From a bacterium (GTDB lineage: Bacteria > RBG-13-61-14 > DATKZS01): a DNA stretch of 40,227 nt. This document shows positions 9,514 to 16,758 of the stretch, one piece after another. The stretch covers positions 1 to 40,227 of the forward strand of contig JAWOBU010000113.1 of the NCBI GenBank assembly GCA_046484135.1, given 5' to 3'. Positions within the stretch are counted from its first letter, which is position 1; every line of letters starts with the position of its first letter. The position numbers and the translations under genes are program-made. A model generated the notes under the pieces. That model ran no database searches and was not told the DNA's origin. It saw nothing but the letters and a program-made list of their open reading frames with translations.

Positions 9514-10683
9514 ATGGAAACCACTATCTCGGTAATCAAGGCGGACATCGGCAGTATCGGCGGCCATATTCATCCGAGCCAGCCCCTGCTGGACGCCGTG
9601 AAAAATGCGGTCGAGTCGCAAAAGGGAAAGCTAATCATTGACGGGTTTGTAAGCTACACCGGCGACGATATCGCAATTCTGGCCACCCATGACCGGGGAG
9701 CGGACGACGAGAAGGTACACAAGTTCGCGTTCGACACCTTTATGGAGGCCACGGAAAAGGTGGCCAAGAAAGAGGGGCTCTACGGCGCGGGCCAGGACCT
9801 TTTAAAGGACGCCTTTTCCGGCAACGTAAGAGGCATGGGGCCGGCAGTGGCCGAGCTCGAGATCGAAGAGCGGCCCAACGAGCCTTTCATCTTCTTTGCC
9901 GCGGACAAGACCGACCCGGGCGCCTATAACCTTCCCCTTTACCTGGCTTTCGCCGACCCCATGGTGACGCCGGGGCTGCTTCTCAGTCCCAAGATGTTCA
10001 AGGGCTTCACCTTCCGCATCATGGACGTGGAGTACACCCAGTGCTCGAAGTGCGGCAAGTACCACTCCCGCGACCGCACGTGCGAGGAGGCCGCGGAGGA
10101 GGCGCCTTCGGGAGACAAGATCGCGGACCTGAATGCCCCCGAGGACCTGTATGACATAGCCGCGCTCTTGCGCGACAACCAGCGTTTCGTGGTGGAAAGC
10201 ATCTGGTCCCGGGAGACGGGCAAGCAGGCCGCGGCAGTGTCCACCACCCGGCTTCACAACATCGCGGGCAAGTACACGGGCAAGGACGACCCGGTCATGC
10301 TGGTCCGCACCCAGGGCGAGTTCCCGGCCACCGGCGAGGTCCTGGCGCCTTTCGAGCGCTGCCATTACGTGGCCGGCTTCATGCGCGGCTCCCACGTGGG
10401 ACCGCTTACGCCGTGCCCGCTTTACACTGACATATCCTACTTTGACGGACCGCCCATTGTTACCGGCGCCGCCTTTTCCATCCGGGACGGGAAGCTGACC
10501 GGCCCGGCGGACGTGTTCGACCATCCCTTCTGGGCCGGCGTCCGCGAGAAGGCGCAGTCAAAGGCGGTATACATCCGGGAGCAGGGATTCTCCGGCAGCG
10601 CCATGCTGGGCATGGATGAGCTCGAGTACGGCGGGATCGTAAAAAAGCTCGGGGAGCTCGAGTCCAGGTTCACGGTGCAATAG
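9514..10683 (+). CDS. fbp: Bifunctional fructose-1,6-bisphosphate aldolase/phosphatase (FBPase class V)
   Basis: 'SVIKADIGSIGGH', 'GDDI', 'GLYGAGQDLL.DAFSGNVRGMGP', 'DKT.PGAYN', 'RLHNIAGKYTGKDDP' (Schiff-base Lys region), 'MRGSH'. SD AAGGAGG before the ATG at 9514. Confidence 0.93.
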   Translation: METTISVIKADIGSIGGHIHPSQPLLDAVKNAVESQKGKLIIDGFVSYTGDDIAILATHDRGADDEKVHKFAFDTFMEATEKVAKKEGLYGAGQDLLKDAFSGNVRGMGPAVAELEIEERPNEPFIFFAADKTDPGAYNLPLYLAFADPMVTPGLLLSPKMFKGFTFRIMDVEYTQCSKCGKYHSRDRTCEEAAEEAPSGDKIADLNAPEDLYDIAALLRDNQRFVVESIWSRETGKQAAAVSTTRLHNIAGKYTGKDDPVMLVRTQGEFPATGEVLAPFERCHYVAGFMRGSHVGPLTPCPLYTDISYFDGPPIVTGAAFSIRDGKLTGPADVFDHPFWAGVREKAQSKAVYIREQGFSGSAMLGMDELEYGGIVKKLGELESRFTVQ

Positions 10684-10702
10684 AAAAGATTGCTGAGAGT
10701 AT

Positions 10703-10801
10703 TCACGCAAAGGCGCGAAGCCGCAAAGATGGCGCACAGGCATTAAGGCAAAACGTAGAGCCTCGGCATACCAACCTTTGCGGTTTTGCGCCAAGGCGTG
10801 A
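10703..10801. repeat. Long intergenic inverted repeat (26-bp arms)
   Basis: TCACGCAAAGGCGCGAAGCCGCAAAG (10703-10728) matches the reverse complement of 10776-10801, TCACGCCTTGGCGCAAAACCGCAAAG, at 21/26 positions; two of the mismatches allow G-U pairs. Confidence 0.7.
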
Positions 10802-10868
10802 TAATAAGAGCTTCTTTTAAAGCGCGGAAATGCTATCCGCTGAGCCGCATTAAGCCAGAACTTTGCCG

Positions 10869-10896
10869 TTGACAGCCCCTCCCCGCTTGCTATAAT
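10869..10896 (+). promoter_or_regulatory. Consensus sigma70 promoter of the sulfatase-like gene
   Basis: TTGACA(10869-10874)-N16-TATAAT(10891-10896) with a TGn extended -10, followed by a GGAGG SD. Confidence 0.75.
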
Positions 10897-10930
10897 TCAG
10901 ACTATAAAGGGAGGAGGGGCTGTTTCGTTC

Positions 10931-12418
10931 ATGAGGAGCTCTTATAAAAACATCTTTTCGCGCACCGCTTCGATACTCGTCTTTTCTTTTCTGCTTACTG
11001 TTGTTTTCCTCCTGCCGGGCTGTAAAAGATGTTCCAAGGAGAAGCCTCCTAACATCATCTTCATCACCGTGGACACCCTCCGGGCAGACCACCTTTCCGG
11101 GTTCGGCTATGAACGAAAGACCAGCCCCTACCTGGACTCGCTGGCCCGCCAAGGAGTGGTATTCAAGGGCATGCTTTCCCACTCGTCCAACACGGCCCCT
11201 TCCATGGCGAGCACTTTTACCAGCCTGTACCCGGACACTATAGGCATGTTGTCCAACGGGGAGAAGCTCTCCGGCGACGTTCTGACCATGGCGGAAATCC
11301 TGGGCAGTAACGGCTACCAGACCGGATGCATCCATACTAATGCCTACCTGGAAAAGAAGTACGGGTTTGACCAGGGGTTTCAATTTTATAAGTCCCTCTA
11401 CCCGGACACCAAGATCGAGGTCCAGCGAAAAAGGCTCTACCGGGCGGACAAAGTGAACCGGGCGGCGCTGGAATGGATGAAAGAAAGGGAGGGCGACAAA
11501 CCGTACTTTCTATATCTCCATTACATGTCCACCCACTGTCCTTATCTTCCGCCCGCTCCCTATGACATCAGGTTCGATCCCGGCTTCGACCGGACCCTGC
11601 CCGACTTCACCCTGGTCTGGCGTTATATCTACGGCAAAGACCGCGTAAAGATCACGCCCGAGTATGAAAAGATTTACCAGGAAACCTACACCGACCGGGA
11701 AGTCCTCGACCACATGGTCGCGCTCTATGACGGGGAAATCCGCTACTTTGACGACCAGCTTAAAAAGCTCCTTGCCGCGCTCCGGGAACGGGACTTACTG
11801 GACAACACCCTGGTTGTCATCTCTTCCGACCACGGCGAGGAGTTCAAGGAACACGGGGGACTCACCCACGGCAAGACCGTCTTCCAGGAGGTCGTACACG
11901 TGCCCCTGATACTTTACTTTCCCGGAAGGCTTCCCGAGGGAAAAGAGGTAAACACAATGACCCGGAACCTGGACATCCTCCCCACGGTGCTCGACATCGC
12001 AGGGATCGAGCCGCCCGGCCACCTAGAAGGAAGATCCCTTGCGCCGCTTTGGAAAAAAGAGGCCGCGACAGCGCCGGAGACAAGCTTCGCCCACATCGAG
12101 TTCGAAGGACAGGGAACCGCGGGCATGGGATACGCCAAGATCGAGCACGCTTCCGTGTCCACCAATGAATGGCGCTACATAAGAGACATGCTCGAGAACA
12201 AGGACATGCTGTTTGACCGAAAAGAGGACCCGGCAGACGAGAACAATCTGGCAGAAGAGCATCCCGAAAAGGTAAAGAAGTTCTCCCGCCAGCTCCAGCA
12301 TCACCTGAACCGGTCGCAGAACCTTAAAAGAAAGCTCGGGATAAGCGACACCGCCTCCCCCAAAATAGACGAGTCCGAGAAGAAAAAGCTCGAAGCTCTC
12401 GGCTACTTCAATAAGTAA
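10931..12418 (+). CDS. Sulfatase-like hydrolase/transferase (alkaline phosphatase superfamily), probable lipoprotein
   Basis: Signal peptide with LLPGC lipobox-like site, 'PNIIFITVDTLRADH', 'NTAPSMAS.FTSLYP', 'YLHYMSTHCPY', 'YDGEIRYFD', 'SSDHGEEF.EHG', C-terminal 'LEALGY'. Confidence 0.88.
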   Translation: MRSSYKNIFSRTASILVFSFLLTVVFLLPGCKRCSKEKPPNIIFITVDTLRADHLSGFGYERKTSPYLDSLARQGVVFKGMLSHSSNTAPSMASTFTSLYPDTIGMLSNGEKLSGDVLTMAEILGSNGYQTGCIHTNAYLEKKYGFDQGFQFYKSLYPDTKIEVQRKRLYRADKVNRAALEWMKEREGDKPYFLYLHYMSTHCPYLPPAPYDIRFDPGFDRTLPDFTLVWRYIYGKDRVKITPEYEKIYQETYTDREVLDHMVALYDGEIRYFDDQLKKLLAALRERDLLDNTLVVISSDHGEEFKEHGGLTHGKTVFQEVVHVPLILYFPGRLPEGKEVNTMTRNLDILPTVLDIAGIEPPGHLEGRSLAPLWKKEAATAPETSFAHIEFEGQGTAGMGYAKIEHASVSTNEWRYIRDMLENKDMLFDRKEDPADENNLAEEHPEKVKKFSRQLQHHLNRSQNLKRKLGISDTASPKIDESEKKKLEALGYFNK

Positions 12419-12489
12419 CTTTCATATCCTGCCTTTGAAGCCGCTCCTCCGGCTCATGAGTATAAGCTTTTACAGGGGCCATCCCGCAT

Positions 12490-12523
12490 AAAAAAATCCC
12501 CGGAGCTTTTTGGGCCCCGGGGA
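12490..12523 (-). terminator. Rho-independent terminator of the porin gene
   Basis: Hairpin TCCCCGGAGC / GCCCCGGGGA (12497-12523) followed on the minus strand by T7 (A-run 12490-12496), ~25 bp after the porin stop. Confidence 0.7.
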
Positions 12524-12547
12524 CTGCAGTTGGTGTTTTCCGTCCGT

Positions 12548-13825
12548 TTACTGCCAGACCTGGGCCTGGATAAGCAGGATGTCGTTGTCGAGCTTCTGAT
12601 ACTTTCCTCCCACGTTGCCGGCGTCCACGTCTATGTCCGATCCTTGCTCGTCCCTCATGATGTAGTTTACCGCGATTTCTGCGGTCTCGTTTACGCGGTA
12701 GTTAAGACCTGCGGTGATCCAGGTAAGCTGGTCGTTCTCGGTTACTTCGCCCGCGGCCGCGTCTTTGTCGTTGATGGTGTTGGGGTCTATCCATTCATAT
12801 CTGGCCACGGCTTCCAGCTCTTTGGTGAACCAGTACCCGAGGGTTACCTGGTATCCCATCCAGGTAAGATCGTCGGGGTCTCCGTCCTCGTTCAACTGGT
12901 AGTCTTCCGCGGTCATCATGGCGAAGTCGAAGTTTCCTTCGAACTTGTCCTGCTCGTAGGAGCCGGACGCCACCCATCCGGAAGCGTTCTGCTGCTGGGT
13001 CTTGCCGCCCCCCCAGTCGGCGGTGTCTTCCTGCCATCCTTCGGAGAGGTATCCCACGCTTACCATTCCGTTTTCTGGAAGGAACCTGAGGTTGACCAGA
13101 TACGATTTCTCGAGGTCTGTCTCCGCATTGGGGTTCCCGCCGGCATAGCCGTTAAAGTAGGACAGGTCTATCTCGAACCATTCGATAGGCGCCACCGCTA
13201 CGTTTATGCCGGTGGCCTGCCATCCCAGCCCCATGGGTGCGTAATCCTCGCCTCTTATTCCATCAGCATCGTAATTACCGAGCAGAGTGGGGGCCATGTT
13301 GATGAGCGGCAGAGATATGAGGTCCCAGTCGTTGGTGGCCCGCGGCTGGTAGATGCTCAGGGGAAGGTTGAAGGTGCCTACGGTGAAGCTGGTATAAGGT
13401 ATGAGATCGTGGAAGATGATCTTGGCCTGGCGCACTCCCACGGTCCCCATTTCGGCGGGCCCGCTCTGGACGCCGGTCAGGCCTCCCCGGGCGTCTGCCG
13501 GTGTCATACCGTAAGCCGATGCCTGGAACTCGATGATATACTCGACCTTCTCGCCCACCATGCCGTTTATGTCCAGCTCCACGTTGGTGGTGGCGAACTG
13601 CTCGAGGGGAGCGCCGTCAAACCCCCACAAGGTGGTGGTGCCGCCGCTCAGGGCGGCAGGATCACTGGCCCCTTTGGCGTCCTCGTCCTCCGCCTTGTAA
13701 GCGAAAAGCCACTTGACCTTGGCCCCTATCTGGATGCTCCCCAGCGAAGTCTCCACCTGGGCGAACACGGACCCGGGAAGGACCATTGACGCAATAACAA
13801 GCGCCGCCGCCAAACTTTTTTTCAT
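12548..13825 (-). CDS. Outer-membrane beta-barrel protein (porin, OprO/P-like)
   Basis: Sec signal peptide (MKKSLAAALVIA...VFA/Q), amphipathic strands with alternating aromatics ('GYQVTLGYWF', 'ARYEWID', 'ITAGLNY'), C-terminal strand 'IQAQVWQ'. Very acidic loops. Confidence 0.8.
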   Translation of the reverse strand: MKKSLAAALVIASMVLPGSVFAQVETSLGSIQIGAKVKWLFAYKAEDEDAKGASDPAALSGGTTTLWGFDGAPLEQFATTNVELDINGMVGEKVEYIIEFQASAYGMTPADARGGLTGVQSGPAEMGTVGVRQAKIIFHDLIPYTSFTVGTFNLPLSIYQPRATNDWDLISLPLINMAPTLLGNYDADGIRGEDYAPMGLGWQATGINVAVAPIEWFEIDLSYFNGYAGGNPNAETDLEKSYLVNLRFLPENGMVSVGYLSEGWQEDTADWGGGKTQQQNASGWVASGSYEQDKFEGNFDFAMMTAEDYQLNEDGDPDDLTWMGYQVTLGYWFTKELEAVARYEWIDPNTINDKDAAAGEVTENDQLTWITAGLNYRVNETAEIAVNYIMRDEQGSDIDVDAGNVGGKYQKLDNDILLIQAQVWQ

Positions 13826-13873
13826 CCTAAGCCCCCTGGTTACATTTTCCGGCTGAAGTATCTTTAAAAAAAT

Positions 13874-13916
13874 TGAATTAATTCATTACTATAACAAGAA
13901 AGCTTTATTAGATCAA
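13874..13916 (-). promoter_or_regulatory. Porin promoter with a palindromic operator over the predicted start site
   Basis: Minus strand TTGATC(13916-13911)-N17-TATAGT(13893-13888) with TG extension. The perfect palindrome TGAATTAATTCA lies at 13874-13885. Confidence 0.55.
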
Positions 13917-13951
13917 AGTTGTGGTTTTATTTGCCGGTTGCAATCTTCCCC

Positions 13952-14614
13952 TCAAATCTTCTCCAGGTCCGGGGAGGTTTCCTCAAAGGTTTTCAACCGT
14001 GGTTCGAGCTGGTGAATGATGCGTTCGTGCACTTTTTCCGGCTCGTCGTCTCCGTCTATCACCAGTATCTCCTGGTGAGGATAGAGCTCTCCCGCGGCCT
14101 TTAAGTAGCGCTTGCGGAGCTTCTCCAGGTTGTCCAGGGTCTCGTAGATATCCGTTTTCGTAAACAGGCTCCGGCGGGCGATCCTTTCCATGCCGAGCTC
14201 CGCGGGCACGTCCACCAGGAAGGTCACGTGAGGAGCGAGCGCCTCCGAGTTTATGCTCCACACCCATTTCCGGTCGCAATGCAGGGACTGGTAGACCAGG
14301 CTGGAGAGCACGTACCGGTCGGACACCACGCTGATGCCCTCGGCAAGCCGCGGCTCGACTTCCCTTCCCAGGTGGTCGAGCCGGTCCGCGGCGAACAACA
14401 GGGCCAGCGCGTGGTAGTGCCGGTCCAGGTCCGGGACGCCGTCGGCGCCGGACAGATACTCCCTGATGATCCTGCCGATGCGGCCTTCAGTGGGCTCCCA
14501 CGTCTTGTGCACGGATATGTTTTTTTGACGGAGCCACTCGGCAATGAGGTCGGTCTGGGTCGAGGTCCCGGCGCCGTCAATTCCTTCCACCGCTATAAAC
14601 ATTCCTCGTTCCAT
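13952..14614 (-). CDS. tmk: Thymidylate kinase family protein (variant P-loop)
   Basis: 'FIAVEGIDGAGTSTQ', 'TWEPT', 'LLFAADR..H', 'VVSDRYVLSSLVYQ' are dTMP kinase signatures. The Walker A Lys is replaced by Thr. Confidence 0.85.
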   Translation of the reverse strand: MERGMFIAVEGIDGAGTSTQTDLIAEWLRQKNISVHKTWEPTEGRIGRIIREYLSGADGVPDLDRHYHALALLFAADRLDHLGREVEPRLAEGISVVSDRYVLSSLVYQSLHCDRKWVWSINSEALAPHVTFLVDVPAELGMERIARRSLFTKTDIYETLDNLEKLRKRYLKAAGELYPHQEILVIDGDDEPEKVHERIIHQLEPRLKTFEETSPDLEKI

Positions 14615-14717
14615 GAAACCAGAACTATACCAGATTCCCTGTTTTTAGCAAACAAAAAACTCCGATCTTTAAAAAACGACTCGATCTTTGACCGGCAGAG
14701 TTTAAATACCCCGAGCG

Positions 14718-15395
14718 TCAAGCCGGTTTAAACTTCTTTTCAAAGAGCTCGGGGTCATAGGGGGCTTTCCGGAGCGGGCAGCTCTCGCGGGGGCAGAGCA
14801 TGCAGCTTTCGAACCGGACCTCGGAGGGGAACCGTATTCCCGAGGTGGTGCGGGAGGGGTACATCATAAGAGAGGGCAGGACCTTGACCCCGATGGCTTC
14901 CTCCGGGTCTCCCAAAAGCTCGAACAGAGGCCTCTGCTCCGAAAGCGGCCAGTCCTCGAGCGAGCCCGGGTTCATGACCGAGCACCGGCCCGGCCCGAAG
15001 CTCTCGTCCATGTGTTCGAAGCAGGCCTTCAAGGCGGACAGGTAGGCGAGCTCTTTTATCCTGTCGGCAAAGTACCGCTCTTCCCGGCCGGTCAGGGTGT
15101 CGGGCCACGCCTCAAGCTCGGCGCCGCAAGTGGCCACGAAGGGAAAGACCCGCTCGACATTTTCCAGGTTTACCGCCAGCACCCGGCTTTGAAAGCGGAC
15201 GCCTTCGATCTCCACGTGGTCTTCGCCGCGCCCGTTTATAAAGGCGGGCCGGTACATGGCCTTGGGTCTCGCTTCCTGGCCCGCTTGTTTTATCAGTCGT
15301 TCGGTAAGGCCGGTGTCGGCAAGCACGCCAGCCCTTTCCATCACTTTTTCTCGGTCAATGGTAAAAGGAATCCGGTCTAGCACGATGGTTTTCAA
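14718..15395 (-). CDS. Stand-alone vitamin B12-dependent methionine synthase activation-domain-like protein
   Basis: 'FVATCG.ELE', 'MNPGSLEDWPLSEQRPLFELLG', 'IGV.V.PSLMMYP.RTTSGI.F', C-terminal 'CMLCPRESCPLRKAP'. Likely TTG start at 15395 after an AAGGAG SD (ORF track gives GTG at 15401). Confidence 0.8.
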   Translation of the reverse strand: MKTIVLDRIPFTIDREKVMERAGVLADTGLTERLIKQAGQEARPKAMYRPAFINGRGEDHVEIEGVRFQSRVLAVNLENVERVFPFVATCGAELEAWPDTLTGREERYFADRIKELAYLSALKACFEHMDESFGPGRCSVMNPGSLEDWPLSEQRPLFELLGDPEEAIGVKVLPSLMMYPSRTTSGIRFPSEVRFESCMLCPRESCPLRKAPYDPELFEKKFKPA

Positions 15396-15404
15396 AAGCA
15401 CTCC

Positions 15405-16688
15405 TTACCGGTTCTGGAAGGCGAACTCTTTTATCTCGGAGACGATGCCGGAGTGAAGGGGGTCGGTCAGGAACTGGTGGTACCTGGCGGTGGTATAGTT
15501 CTGCATCCATGCGCAGTTGTCTCCGCACTGCTCGGGTCCGGGCCCGTGGAAGTTGTTGGCGCTCATCTTTTTTTGCGCTTCCTCCCAGCAGTCGTCCAGG
15601 TTGTCGTGTTCGAGCAGGTTCACGTAAACGGGGTCCGTGTTTTGGGGCGCCCGGCAGGGCCACGCGATCTTTCCGTCCGGGTCCACGTGGGGCCTCAAGG
15701 TAGGCAGGCAATGATAGGGCTTCACGTACAGGAGCATGTCCAGGATGCGGCTGGAGCCGATCAGGAGATTTCCCTGTTTCTTGCGCTCGAGCATGCGGGC
15801 GGCCAGCTCCAGGTAGTCCTGTCTTTCTATCATGTCGCGCTCGAAGGCGAAGCCTCCCTCGTTTTTTTCGCCGTGGTAGTTCACGGGCACGGGCACATAC
15901 CAGACGTCTCCCAGGTCGTTTATGAAGTCGAGCACGTCCGAGGCTTCTTTTACCGAGTCCTCGGCAATGACCGTGTTCACGCAGAGCTTGAAGTCCACCA
16001 CCTGGCGCAGCTCGCGGAGCATTAACAGGTTTACGAACACCCGCTCCACGTCCTTAATTCCCCACAGCTCGCGCAGCCGGGGCAGGGACAGGCCGTCCAG
16101 GCTTACGATGATGATGTCCATCTGGCGGAGCCACTTCCACCAGCCGGGCCTTTGCAGGGCCTGGTGGAGTATAAAGGCGTTGGTGTTGATCATGAGCGGC
16201 TTGTAGCCCAGGTTCCAGGCCAGGTCGGTGTAAATGGGAAGCTCCTTGTCCAGGGTGGGCTCGCCCCCGCAGAAGTAGACGGCGCTGGTGCCGGTGCGCA
16301 TGGTTTTTAGTAGCCGGGCCTTGTTCTCGAAGGACAGGGACTCGTCCGGGAGATCGTAGTAGTGGTTGCCGCGATGGTCGTCGCAGTAACTACAGCGGAA
16401 GTTGCACTTGTAGAGCATGGTCCAGATGAAGTAGAGCGGCCGGAGGGCGTGGTTGCCTTGTTGCCATCTTTTCCGGTTGATGCGGAAGTTATTGGCCGCG
16501 GTGGCCAGGCTCTTCGCCTGTCTGAGTCGGTCCGCGTTCTTTTCGACCGCGGTGTCGTCCCGGTCGGCGTGGATCAGGGGCGCAATCTTCTCGGCCTCCT
16601 CGAACGCCCGTTCGTGGATTTCTTCCCAGGCCGGGTGGTCGGCGGAAGGCCGGTAGTGCTTAAAGTGAAGGGGGGTCTTTTTTATCAT
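15405..16688 (-). CDS. Radical SAM protein with C-terminal Twitch/SPASM-like Cys cluster
   Basis: CxxxCxxC 'CNFRCSYC', 'GGEPT', 'INTN', 'VSLDG'. C-terminal 'C...HVDPDGKIAWPC...QCGDNC'. Confidence 0.88.
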   Translation of the reverse strand: MIKKTPLHFKHYRPSADHPAWEEIHERAFEEAEKIAPLIHADRDDTAVEKNADRLRQAKSLATAANNFRINRKRWQQGNHALRPLYFIWTMLYKCNFRCSYCDDHRGNHYYDLPDESLSFENKARLLKTMRTGTSAVYFCGGEPTLDKELPIYTDLAWNLGYKPLMINTNAFILHQALQRPGWWKWLRQMDIIIVSLDGLSLPRLRELWGIKDVERVFVNLLMLRELRQVVDFKLCVNTVIAEDSVKEASDVLDFINDLGDVWYVPVPVNYHGEKNEGGFAFERDMIERQDYLELAARMLERKKQGNLLIGSSRILDMLLYVKPYHCLPTLRPHVDPDGKIAWPCRAPQNTDPVYVNLLEHDNLDDCWEEAQKKMSANNFHGPGPEQCGDNCAWMQNYTTARYHQFLTDPLHSGIVSEIKEFAFQNR

Positions 16689-16758
16689 GGGTTCCCTTTT
16701 CCGGGAATTCTATCTTTGCTTTTGTAAGAAGGCAAACCGGGGTTCTCTTTATGAGACA

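Noticed and set aside
12530..13789. 419-aa plus-strand ORF
   Set aside because: Antisense to the porin, which has a signal peptide, promoter and terminator. A typical high-GC shadow ORF.
14654..14689. Short tandem AAAAAAC..CGATCTTT repeat upstream of tmk
   Set aside because: Only two imperfect short units. Could be chance, and no regulator can be assigned.
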